Assembly: GCF_006345805.1 (NCBI RefSeq)
Contig: NC_043004.1
Location: 84,816,001 to 84,880,000, forward strand
Source of the DNA: Octopus sinensis
Lineage: Eukaryota
DNA: 64,000 bases
Reading direction: 5' to 3'
Within the stretch, counting starts at the first letter, position 1. Each line of letters starts with the position of its first letter. The position numbers and the translations under genes were made by a program. Positions 14,628-26,790 of this stretch are shown piece by piece. The notes beneath the pieces are model-generated. The model was not told the origin of the DNA, did no database searches, and saw only the letters and a program-made list of their open reading frames with translations.

Positions 14628-15306
14628 ATATATATGTTTTATATACATATGTATACATGTGTTCGCGCATACACCGTTGCTTAGTTATGATGAATCTTCA
14701 ATTTGCTTATATCATCTGGAATGAAAGATGTTGAAACCAGCTCCACGCTACTGCTACTACCACTGCTTCTGCCACCACCACAACAGAACGGAAAAAAATA
14801 CACACCATTCCTGCCGCCGCCACCACCACCATTCTCGCCACGCCACCGTTTCTATTCCTGCGTCAATCTCAATAATGCCTGATGCGCTTTCATTCCAAAT
14901 AATGACATTTGTCAACACTTTCTACAACAACGATGCCACCTGCTAGCAGAAAAATCACAAACAACAATAAGAACCGCTTTGTCCTTAATAAATGTATCAC
15001 TAGCTACCTTATGATAAAACGTGCGAGAATATATTATTACTTGCTTTGTAAAATGGCCAGCACAATATCATCCAAGCTCAACGGTATATCTGCAACGCCA
15101 TTAGCCACAAAGCAATAAGAATACAGCAACATTATCTGTATATCACTGGGTCAAAATGTCATACTGTTGTATAAATACGTACACCCGTTTATGTTTCAAG
15201 TTTCAGTGAACATAGAATTGTGGATACACACCAACGTACTTACACACAGAGACACACACACATACGCGTGTATATATATATATATATAAGGCAGATGGAA
15301 ACTCGG

Positions 15307-15336
15307 CCCTAACCCTAACCCTAACCCTAACTCTAA
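15307..15336. repeat. Interstitial (CCCTAA)4 + CTCTAA telomere-type repeat
   Basis: Direct reading. Confidence 0.9.
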
Positions 15337-15339
15337 ATC

Positions 15340-16085
15340 TGATGGATTCCGAGCAATCTTTCTGAAATCATTGAAATGAGTCCTCGCAAAATCACTGCAG
15401 CTTCTTTTACAGAGCTTTCTTATAAGTGATAACCTTTAAGGCCAGAAATTATACGCCTGTCTGTGTGACCTTAGACAACATCAAATTTTGAGAACGAATT
15501 ATCAGAAGGAAACTACTTGCATTCCTTGAAGAGAAGGAATTGCTGACTGACACTCTGTATGGTCTCCGACGAAGACGAAGCTGCCTGACACAGATTATAC
15601 AGCACTACGACCGGGTGTTACAGGAAATGCTCAACAACTAAAAAATGGACGTGATATATCCCGACATTTCCGAAGGCTTTGATAAAGGCAATCTTGGAAT
15701 GATATATCGGAAGGTGCGCAATTTCGGCATAGGCTAGAACTTGGAGATTGTGTTCACGACATTTTAAAGATAGAATCCACCAATGGGATCAACACAATGG
15801 GTCACACAACAAGTGAGTTGTGAGTTACTGGTCACCGTCTTTGGGCCACTGGTATTCATAGTGGCACTCCCATGTCACCTCGGTTGCTCAATGTGTCAGC
15901 CTTGCAATCTATGCAGATGAAACTAAAGTCAGTCACAGGATACGGGACCCTGAATATGTATTACAAAACCATAATGCGTGCAAATGTTGCAGGTGGACGC
16001 AGTACAGAGGTGGGCTGAAGACGAAAACATAAATATTACTACTGGAAAATTCCAAGCACGACCATACTGACACACTAGGCTAAAT
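15340..16085 (+). mobile_element. Degenerate CR1 LINE RT fragment
   Basis: Frame-hopping translation YGLRRRRSCLTQIIQHYDRVLQEML..MDVIYPDISEGFDKG..IYRKVRNFGI, followed by a YADE-like motif. Confidence 0.75.
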
Positions 16086-16492
16086 GAAACGCAAACAGCA
16101 TGCGACACGTTAAGTTAAGCTTCGATTGTAATAGATATAAGATCGGCGATACACATGCATCTTCTACGCGTTACACAGATTTCCATTCATTTAAGACATT
16201 CTATGATACGTGTTGCATATCTAATAAGCGGGAACAATATTGCATAACAAAGGACTTGGTAGTGATTTGTTATTTGCTTTTATCTTGAACAATCTTACAT
16301 CGGGATAATGATTCTGTGGTACAATTGTGTATGGATTTAGTTTGTCTGTTTTAGAAGAGAATTCGAAATATATATTCCAGAGGTGTAAGTATTTTTTTGG
16401 TGTATGTTGCAATAGAGTCTGTATGATATTGAAGTAGACAAATTAGATATTTATCACTTACCGCGGTGTATGTGAGATGGTTCTTAATATTA

Positions 16493-16494
<2 letters not shown>

Positions 16495-16561
<67 letters not shown>
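16495..16561. repeat. (ATT)n microsatellite
   Basis: Direct reading. Confidence 0.95.
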
Positions 16562-16563
<2 letters not shown>

Positions 16564-18949
16564 AAGCATTCGCGTGCACAAGGCTAAGTGGAAGGAATGT
16601 GTGATCGTCTGTGTTGAAACAGTTTTTTTTCAGTTTCATACACAATCTATGACAGCAGAATACACCTTACACATGACAATTTTCTGCACATCTAAACGTG
16701 ATAAATACAAACATCGTAAAATAAAAGATACCGCTTATACACCAAAAATATCCATCTTCAGTGTGAAAACGAGAAACCCGTTACATAAAAGCCATACCTT
16801 CCTTTAATACGATTTTGTCCTACACAAACATGTGGCCATGGAAACACAATTAGCTACAAATGATTAATTAACGCACATTCCAATAACCAATGATGTCGAT
16901 TCACAGAAAGTTTAAATGGCTTCAAATTGTGACCTGTGGTGAGCAAGACGATGGCAGTGAGATAAAATAATAGTCAACATTAAGCAAAGTTAAACGCAGT
17001 TAGATATTCCTAGAAAGCTAGAAAAGTGCCAAATATATGTACACTACATCAAAGATAAAACTAACATTTTATCATTATATATTGTAATTACCATTATTGT
17101 TGCGAATGAAAGTTGTCAAAATCCAAAATATGTTACAATAAAAATTATTATTTCTTTCAAATAATATTCCCAAACTGCCGCAAAAAGAAAATTTAACCAC
17201 AAGATATTTCGAGAAAATTAGCGTTAAAAAACCCAACAGAACGAATACTTGTGAAAAATAATGAACACTGCGCCTACTACACCACCAGGCTTTTTTTTTT
17301 CTTCTTGGAAATGCATCGCAATCAATAAAGTAATTTAAAACCTCAAGTGCCTAAGGGAAAAGCATTATAACAATCATATATTTAAATCATCTATAAACAA
17401 TCTGAGTAACGGCATTCACCATCTTCTACATCATCACCTGCCAAATTCCCAGAATATTGAATGTTGGTTAAATTATAAAAATTTGAATTCCTCACGCGAG
17501 GCAATCTCATACAAACTATATCATATTTTCACGAGCGCTCTCAAAATTCTATGAAGATTATAAACGAGCAGCTTCTTAAGTTACATCTCCCTCTTCAAAT
17601 CAAACTATAAATTAAGGCCACCATGTCCCACCGACATACTAATTTCAAACCTTTATTCGCAATTTACATTACGCCTTATTTACAGAATAGAAGTAAAAAC
17701 ATGAAGATTTATAGTTGTACTCTTTTGGAAATCCCCGATATCAACAAAGATTTTTGATCATTTTTACAAATTACTGATTTATACAATTTCAAGGACATTC
17801 CCCACTATCAACCCATAGATAAAATACACCACCAAAAGATTTCATACAAAAATACATGTTACTAAATTACGTTCAAAAATACAGCCTACTAAACTAATAC
17901 AGTTAATTAAATCAATATAATCTACAAGAGAATCATTCTCTCGAAATTGCAGTTTTCCAAATAGATTCATTCTCTCACATAATTTCAACGGATATTTATA
18001 TGGATGTCTTAAAGCTCTAAAAATTATACATATCAGCACGTCTTAGATGACGTCATTCACAGGCTGCAATAATTCTTCTGAGAATTGAAAACGGTTTCAG
18101 TACTATTTAGATATGTTCGAAATCATTCTTACCAATTACAGATTTAAAGTAGGATTTTCAGATTCATTATTTACCGTCTTAGATTTACGGAGAATGTTTA
18201 CTACATACCATCACGCTGAAACAAAAATACATCACACGCTTTAAAACACAATCATAAAACCCGAAAGATAAAGCCATACTAGCAGTTATACAAATATTTT
18301 CCTTATCATTAAGAGAAAACATGCAAACATAGTAAAATGAAAGGTGGGTAAGCATGCTTAGAGTAATGAAAGATGTGACATTTTGGGCAGGAGAAGAATT
18401 AATATTAACATTGTGCAAATCGTGTGTCATATCAGTTATAGGCTCACCATGGATGAATTAAGTAACCAGCATCTCAGTAACAAGAAGCAATATATAACAA
18501 AGAAAGCAAGTTTAAGTTTTACAATACAAAAGAAGTTATAAATAGGCGTCAGCTGTCCCCACACCTAAATACGAATCACTACTGGGATGTTCGAATATCA
18601 GAGTCCGTGCTCGTAGCAATTATCAACCACTTCTTATAGTTCGGACATAAGTACAACATCCCAGTACACTATTAGAGCAAAGTATTAAAGTCACAGTCAC
18701 TCCGCTCTATCCAGCGAACCGTAAAGAGCCTGTGCATATTTGGAAACTCAACGGTTGCACGGGTGTCAAAACACCAATCTTGAATACATTGGACTTCTAA
18801 TTAGTTGTAAAGAAAACGTCTGTCATTCTCTGACATATTCCAGAGCGCTCAGCTATTCTATTTTCACCGGAAATTACAAGCGTGTATAAAATGGAATATA
18901 TATATCACAGCTGCTGTGCAAATATACATTTCTTTATTGCTCACATGAG

Positions 18950-19156
18950 ATTAAACATAGAGAGGACAAACAAGAACAGATAAAGAGATTAAGTCGATTG
19001 CATTGACCCAGTGCGTAACTGGTACTTATTTAATCGACCCCGAAAGGATGAAAGCCAAAGTCGACTTCGGCGAAATTTGAACTCGGAACGTAACGGCAGA
19101 CGAAATACAGCTAGGCAGTTCGTCCGGCGCGCTAATGATTCTGCCAGCTCGCGGCC
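18950..19156 (-). mobile_element. tRNA-derived SINE family A
   Basis: Reverse complement GGCGAGCTGGCAGAATCATTAGC...GAGTTCAAATTTCGCCGAAGTCGACTTTGGCTTTCATCCTTTCGGGGTCGAT...AGTACCAG. Confidence 0.9.
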
Positions 19157-19466
19157 CTTCTGCTGTGCAAATATTGCGAGATTGTCACGCTGCATACGGC
19201 AACAAGGTTTTTGAGAGAAGGGCTCTGTTCTTTATAAAGTTGAAATGGTATTAAATCATTTTCTATATTTTCGCTTCATAATATATTACATGGTGCCACG
19301 GTATGTTACAGTTACCAGCCAAATACCATCATATTAGCCCCTAATGTCATGGAAAGAACTACACATATAGACTAATGACAATCATTACTATATACACTGT
19401 CGGAATAGCCTTTTATGGAATATCTCTGGTAGTAGATCTGTTGCTGTTGTTTTATACGAAGCTTGA

Positions 19467-20100
19467 GGCGGCGAGCTGACAGAAAAGTTAGCACGCCGGA
19501 CGAAATGCTTTGTGGTATTTCGTCCGCCGCTGCGTTCTGAGTTCAAATTCCGCAGAGGTCGACTTTGCTTTTCAACCTTTCGGAGTTGATTAAATAAGTA
19601 CCAGTTATGCACTGGGGTCGATATAATCGATATAGTCGATTATTTAAACCAGATTAAATAAGTACGCACTGGGTCGATATAATCGACTTAATCTGTTTGT
19701 CTGCCTTGTTTGTCCTCTCTGTGTTTAGCCCCTTGTGGGTAGTAAATAAATAGGTATTTCGTCTACCGCTGCGTTCTGAGTTCAAATTCCGCCGGGGTCG
19801 GCTTTGCCTTTCATTCTTTCGGGGTCGATTACATAAGTACCAGTTATGCACTGGGGTCGATATAATCGACTTAATCCGTTTGCCTGTCTTTGTCCTCTGT
19901 GTGTTTAGCCCCTTGTCGGTAGCAAAGAAATAGGTATTTCATCCGTCTTCATGTTCTGAGTTAAAATTCCGCCGAGGTTGACTTTGCCTTTCATCCTTTT
20001 GGGGTCGATAAATTAAGTACCATTTGTGTAGTATTGGCTCGATCTAATCGACTAGCTCCCTCCACAAAAATTTCGGACCTTGTTCCTAGAGTAGAAATGT
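19467..20100 (+). mobile_element. SINE family A multimer (head plus three core units)
   Basis: The core GGTATTTC...GAGTT(C/A)AAATTCCGC...GCCTTTCATCCTTT.GGGGTCGAT occurs three times, joined by the linker TTTGTCCTCT..GTTTAGCCCCTTGT.GGTAG.AAAGAAATAGG. Confidence 0.9.
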
Positions 20101-21169
20101 TTTACATGAATGCTTGATGACAGAAGAATTTTGATATAAATATGAATTATGCATGCTAACAATACTGTGGAAATATCACGGTTGTTTCCAACATAATAAT
20201 TATTGTAGTTTGTAAGTTCCAGTTTAAATGATATTGTTTGCATCATTTAATTACTCATATCGCGTAAAGTTCACATGTACAATCCTAAAGTTTCAGCCAC
20301 AGGTGACAATATTTTTAATAACCATGGTGTATGTTATATACTTGTCATTTCTTCTGCAATTCTTAATACTAAATTAATATTTTTCCTAATTCTAAAGAAG
20401 CTGAAATGTTCGTCACAAAACCATTACATAAATTTGAGTTAAACAATTTGACGGCTAAATTGTTTGAAACGTTACAAATGCATTTATCAATATATTCACA
20501 GATGACTGACAACAGTAAATTCAATTACACTCGCTACAATGGCAATCCTCAAAACATCCACTGAGAGAAAGAATGAAGAACAACTTCAAACGAAACAAAG
20601 AAAATATTAAACACCACAACCATAATCGCCTCCATTATCTCCGAAATCATCATAAGCATTTCACAAAAACTACCATCGGCCATGATTTACAAGAATCAGA
20701 TTATCCATACTAGCAACAACTGAAGAACACAACATAAAGCTAACTACAACCAACGCCACCAACAAGAATTGTATTGGCATTCATAGAGGAGTCAACGGTA
20801 TTAAAGCGCCCACTAATAAAGAACAAGTACCACTGTCTATCTCACATTTCCCATTATTAGATATGCACTTAACTCCATGAACCTTATTAGAATTCCTTGC
20901 TGTATTTTAATCATAGATATATCTGGCTGAAATTCATTCAAATAGTACGCGGTCTTCTCACAAAACGCTAACGTTAGTCTCTCGTACGTCTCTGATATTT
21001 GTTTGTATACTAACTTTCAGATGTTTGACCTCTCTCCATCCCTTTATGTCCCTCTGCATACAACTATTTTCATACACACACACACACACACATAAGAATA
21101 TATATGCATGATTACATGTGTATATATATATACATTCAAAATGTGACCGCGTGTGTACCGTTGGCGATT

Positions 21170-21341
21170 TTTTTCTCTGTCTTCCCTTCTCTGGATCTTT
21201 CCTTCTCCTATGTTTCCGATGAAGAGCTCCGCTCGAAACGTTAAACCCTCCTTCTTTCCTTCTTTCCTGAGCGTCCAATAATACTATATTTGTTCCACGT
21301 CCTCGCGTTGTTGTGTTTTGTGTGCATTCATGTTTGGATTA

Positions 21342-21345
<4 letters not shown>
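21170..21345 (+). mobile_element. Probable Penelope-like pLTR remnant with minimal type I hammerhead motif
   Basis: GTTT-CCGATGA-A-GAGC-tcc-GCTC-GAAAC-GTT-AAAC at 21212-21246. Confidence 0.6.
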
Positions 21346-21385
<40 letters not shown>

Positions 21386-22049
21386 TGTATATAAATACAT
21401 GCATATAAATATACATATATATGTGCGTGTGTCAGCGTGTTTGTATGTGTATGTTTGTGCTTATCCCTTTGTATCCCATTGAATACTGCTATTTTCACTC
21501 AAAGTCCATCTACTTCCGCAGATGGAAGCGAATTAAGTTCATGAAGTTTTAGCTAGAAATATATTTTTTAGGGAACATAAGCCTTAAATGTAATGGGAAT
21601 CAGTGAACTTATACTGCATAAAGTTATTTGCCACTAGTTTAGATAAAATTGAAACCTGATTATCTAAATGATTAGAACTTACTTTGTAATGTCAATTTTT
21701 GCATAAATCTAGTTTAAATTACATGAAGATTTTTCACACTGACGTTTAAAATTTGTATTGCATTTCATTGATTTTGGAACTTGCCTAACTCTAAGGACGG
21801 GAAATTTAGTGTAAAAGCTAATAGCGTCCGGAGAGAGAATGCTAAATATTCCTCAAGCAGAGAGGAAAAATTTGTGTGTGACATCTGTGAATTATGGACG
21901 TAACGCGCGGTGCAAACATATTTACATATTTTGAGAAGAGTATTTCAATGAAGATGTCCATACTTGGCGTTTCGGTATTTCTTCTCAGCTGGAGTGAAAA
22001 AAAATAATATCTTTTATCTTTGACTTGGTTCAGACATTAGACTACGGCT

Positions 22050-22462
22050 ATACAGGAGCACCACATTGAGGAAATTTAATCGAACTTATTGAAACCGGTA
22101 CGTATTATCCTTTGTATAGACTGATACTTATTCCAACGGGTTCCTTTGCCAAACACAGATAAGCGCACCAACACAGGCTGTCAAGCGGTGGTGGGGGACA
22201 AACAGAAACACAAGGAGACACACACACAAGGACGGACACAAACAAACGTATTCATACACACACACATAAACACATACATATATATGCATATTCATATATA
22301 TATACGACAGGGCTCTTTCACAATATACGTCTAGAAGTTCAATCACAAATATCTACTCTGCCCTGGGCTGTATTAGAAGACACTTTCCCGTTGTAGGACG
22401 CAGAGAGATTGAACACACAATCTTCCAGCTAGGAGGCAAGCTTTTTACCAGACAGCCACATC
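22050..22462 (-). mobile_element. SINE family B, diverged full-length copy with internal microsatellite
   Basis: Head, core and tail are all recognisable on the minus strand. Confidence 0.75.
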
Positions 22463-22590
22463 TGTACCTATAGACAAGACGGCGCTTATCAGAGAAATTA
22501 TAGCCTTTGTATAAAGTTCGATTATCCCGTTGGCACAGATTAATTTCAAAGCCCACCAAGAAATTTAGGTGTACCTACACACAGACACAG

Positions 22591-22673
<83 letters not shown>

Positions 22674-22688
22674 ATGTATATATATCTA

Positions 22689-22763
<75 letters not shown>

Positions 22764-22764
22764 A

Positions 22765-22823
<59 letters not shown>

Positions 22824-22835
22824 TATATATACATA

Positions 22836-23050
22836 CAGGGTGTTCAATTTAAAAGTTGACTCAAATGTATTTGTTGATAGTTATAAAGAATGTGCAATAT
22901 TATGGACAAAGCTACTCATTAAAAAGTTACAAAGTCAAACTTGTTACAAAAAGTGTTGAACTTGTTGGCCGCCATATTGTGGACATAAGTCAACACGACG
23001 ACGTTTGTTCTATTTCTTTATTAACGACGACGTTTGTTCAAGAACAAATT
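22836..23050. mobile_element. Tc1/mariner-like terminal fragment
   Basis: TA|CAGGGTGTTCAATTTAAAAGTTGAC is a typical Tc1-like TIR start. No partner end was found. Confidence 0.4.
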
Positions 23051-23120
23051 AATCAAAACTTCACGTGGGATAATGTTGCACAGAGAGGGTGGAAGGTGGA
23101 TTAAAAAAGGGGAAAAGGGA

Positions 23121-23435
23121 TTAAGCAGTGGTGAAATGTTGAAAAGAAAAACATTCAAATATATTTGTTGGGGAGATAGTGCCAAGGTACAAAATGAGAC
23201 GTTGTTCCTTTAATTTCCTGAAGAAGTAGGTTCTGGGGAGCAAAGCTATGTTCAACACTGATAAATCTGAGATAGAATGATTTATAGTATTGAAGTGGGT
23301 GGCGACGGGTTGTCCTGGTATTCGTAGCATTATGCTTCTGATATGCTCCTGAAAGCGTTCCCCAAGGCGTCGCCTTGTTTCTCCAATGTAAAGATCAGGC
23401 GGAATTTGCATATGGTGCAATATACGAGAATCATA
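23121..23435 (-). mobile_element. Penelope-like element GIY-YIG endonuclease C-terminus
   Basis: LVYCTIC (frameshift) PDLYIGETRRRLGERFQEHIRSI...PVATHFNTINHSISDL...RKLKEQRLILYLGT. Confidence 0.9.
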
Positions 23436-23689
23436 CATACATACACACATACAGACATATATACATACATACATACATACATGAATGCATATATACATAC
23501 ATGGTGGCTGCCCCCTAGTTATCGAGTATGGTCATTCTGAGAAGCTTAATCAATGTTGTTATCGTGCAATGCATGTGCAAGAAGATTTTTTTAAAGTGAG
23601 GAAAGGCTGTGCACTTAGTCAATCCCACTCACTGTGCAACATCAGCCATAATCCGAAAAGAAGAACAAATCAACATCATCGGTAACCAC

Positions 23690-24055
23690 TGACACGCAGG
23701 TTTTATGTCGGAGTTATCCCAGTTACCTGAGTTACCTTCTCCTAGAAGGATGCCCTAACAAAGGCTAGGGGTCCTTCACTCTCAATGGTTTAACTGCGCG
23801 ATCGGGTATTCAGTCCGATTATTTCTATGTCCCCGCGCATGATACAGCCTTAAGACATTTATTGGATGGCCGTTGACTTTCCAGACTTCCTCCGCCCTTT
23901 GACGGGTTTTGTTTTTCATCCCGCAGGGTGTCCAATAAACAGCCTCCTCACCAAGCAAGCTTGGTAGGGTTGCCGGTTTAGTCAGCGACAACCCGACCAC
24001 GCAACAGGATGTACTGGGCAACAGGTTACCAGTAGCACTGGAAAGTGACCTGACA
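23690..24055 (-). mobile_element. RTE-type LINE 5' UTR-like fragment
   Basis: Minus strand CCTAGCCTTTGTTAGGGCATCCTTCTAGGAGAAGGTAACTC...AAACC resembles RTE 5' leaders (from memory). GC-rich, structured, and abuts (CATA)n. Confidence 0.5.
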
Positions 24056-24056
24056 T

Positions 24057-24143
<87 letters not shown>

Positions 24144-24180
24144 TATATATATGTATATATATATGTATATATATATATAG

Positions 24181-24478
24181 CCCCGTGACCGACCAGGCTC
24201 TCAGATGTTGCTACACATCGCTGGTTACGATGCGCTTCGCATTGTTTTAGCCTTCAAATGACGCCACCCCGCTGGCGAATCGAGCAGGTCAAAAGAAGAA
24301 AGAATGAGAGAAAGTTGTGGCGAAAGAGTACAGCAGGGAACGCCACCAACCCCTGCCGGAGCCTCGTGAAGCTTTAGGTGTTTTCGCTCAATAAACACTC
24401 ACAACGCCCGGTCTGGGAATCGAAACCGCGATCGTACGACCGCGAGTCCGCTTCCCTAACCACTGGGGCATTTTACCT
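24181..24478 (-). mobile_element. SINE family C
   Basis: tRNA-like head CCCAGTGGTTAGGG...GGTTTCGATTCCCAGACC (A and B boxes) on the minus strand. Confidence 0.9.
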
Positions 24479-24497
24479 TCACACACACACTCACACG

Positions 24498-24552
<55 letters not shown>

Positions 24553-24627
24553 TATGTATGACTCTATATATACTTACATATGTATTTCTTGATATTTTGG
24601 GATGTAATCTCAGCTTTAATAATAAGG

Positions 24628-24663
<36 letters not shown>

Positions 24664-25338
24664 ATATACATATATGCATATATATACACACACGCACATA
24701 TATGTGTTTGTGAGTGTGCGTGTGTGTGTGTGCTTCGTTATGTACGTGTGCGTGTGTAGACAATTAATTTTCCATACTGTCAATGACACAACTCAAGAGG
24801 TCTCAGTTTCGTTGCAGTTAATAACAATTAATGATAGCTTTGTTAAATATCCAATTCTGAGTTTCACATTGGAAGTACAGTTCTTTCTTTATAGCAATTC
24901 CGTGGATTTCAATTCCTGTGGATTTCAATTAACAATAGAGTGTATGCAGACACGTAAGTATGTATGTGACTGTTTGTGAGTGTGTGCATTATTATACTGG
25001 GGCAGGAACTAGGGCAGAGTGTGCGTGTGAGACAATGCTACTTGATATTCTCACGTTGACTTTTGACTTTCTATAAAATTTTACAATTAGATGAACCGAT
25101 AAAAGTCTGCATTGCCATATTTAGAAGCCTCTAACATAACAGCTATTCAGCTCTGTCCTCGATTATTAGATAACATTAATTATATTAAATTTAACTAACT
25201 CCGTTGTTATACATATCTACACCTCAGATAACAATAATTTTACATGCTATTACAAATCTAGGTGTTATCAAGACAAGTTTCATTTCTAATTCATATTAAA
25301 ACAACATATTTCATTCATGATCATATGCTACCTATTTG

Positions 25339-25725
25339 CACATGAGGTACCCTTTCGCTTTGACCGGCAGGTTTTTAAAATAATTTCTTTGTGACTAAAC
25401 ACTTTTAAACTTCGTATACTGGTAGAATGTCTTTATGAAATATGTTTTTCTCTTGGCTGTAGTGAGTAAGCTAATTGTTGTTTAATTTCTTGCATTTCGG
25501 CAATTTCAACCAATCAATGACGTCTATTGAGGTTAATTCAATTTCTGCCGTAGTGTGTCAACAACAATTATTTGCGGTGTCATATGAATTTATCACTGTT
25601 ATTTATGACAAAAGAAAAAGATGTTTTATAAACACATACTACCAGTATAGGAAGTTTAAAAGTGTTTAGTTACAAAAAAATTATTTTAAAAATCTGCCGG
25701 TCAAAGTGAAAAGATCCCACATGAG
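25339..25725. mobile_element. MITE with roughly 110-bp imperfect TIRs
   Basis: CTTTGACCGGCAGGTTTTTAAAATAATT...CTAAACACTTTTAAACTTCGTATACTGGTAG pairs with CTACCAGTATAGGAAGTTTAAAAGTGTTTAG...AATTATTTTAAAAATCTGCCGGTCAAAG. Confidence 0.9.
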
Positions 25726-26040
25726 AAATTTGCCTCCGTTTATTTTAATTTTATTCAACATACATCCTTATTTATCTATCGTTATTTCACTATTCCATTA
25801 TGAAATAATTAGAGAAGACGTACGTTATTAGTTTTACAACATATCATTACCTGACGTTGCGCACATCACACATGAGTAATATGTATGCATATATACATAC
25901 GAGGGTCATAACGGTAATATGAAATACACTACAAGCGAAGGAAGAGAGTTAACCCTTAATAACACCTCCACTGAGATCAAAAAGTATAAACTTGCAGCCT
26001 ACAAAAAGGAGAAAATATATATGTAATAATAATAATAATA

Positions 26041-26092
<52 letters not shown>

Positions 26093-26399
26093 AATAAGGA
26101 TAATAGAAACTTTAATGCAAATGATTTAAATATTTATGCTGACACTTATAGTAGTAACAACGAACATAAGATAAGTAACGATATAAATATTAAGAAATTT
26201 TTGTTCCTAGTATATAAAAATTAATACGCTAAGATATATTTAGATTGGAATGATTAATAGCATACCAATATATTTGTAAGCTATGATGTGACAAAAAGGA
26301 AAGGAGATAAGTCATTACATGAACACATGAAAAAGACCTAACGAAATCAACCCTGATAATAAGCACAGTAACATCAATAAGGAAACAGTAAGCACAGTA

Positions 26400-26790
26400 G
26401 TATCATTAAAGAAACAAAGAAAGATCCTGAAAATAAAACCTGTGATTGTGCCATCGGTGTCCATCAAGAAACATTTTATTGAAATTGGTGGAAGGTAGTG
26501 TCTGAGGGACAGGGGTACTAATATATTGGCTCTACGGAAAGTTATATAAAATGAAGAATAGCCAGCGACGAAAGAACTTTGTGAGATAAGTGGAAAGTAC
26601 TAGCACTAGTTCAAGTACATTAATTTGCGCAATTATTACGAAAATAAGGACTATAGGCTGAACTGGGAGATAATTAGCTGGGCAAAATCTTATAGCATTG
26701 GAAACAAAAGGGGCAACTTGTGCATAGAGGAAATTTTCGAGATCATTACATCCAAGCACAAATTGATCAATAATCATAAAGATGATGTAC
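26400..26790 (+). mobile_element. Degenerate Penelope-like GIY-YIG domain (second subtype)
   Basis: KTCDC ... YIGSTESYIK*RIA (YIG at 26522) ... DYRLNWEIISWAKSYSIGNKRGNLCIEEIFEII matches the PLE C-terminal W.I...A.PY..G.K.C.LC..EK..I pattern. Confidence 0.7.

Noticed and set aside
19467-20100. Regularly spaced repeats suggesting a CRISPR array
   Set aside because: The units are ~190-bp SINE cores with a constant linker, not short repeats with unique spacers. The DNA is eukaryotic and no cas genes are present.
24400-24478. tRNA-like sequences (also 54340-54420 and other SINE heads)
   Set aside because: They have A/B boxes but no complete cloverleaf, and continue into SINE bodies.
24895-24953. 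59-nt plus-strand exon candidate with good splice sites (also 59486-59534)
   Set aside because: No homology and no partner exons. An equally good site pair at 45421-45456 (-) is closed in all three frames, showing such pairs arise by chance here.
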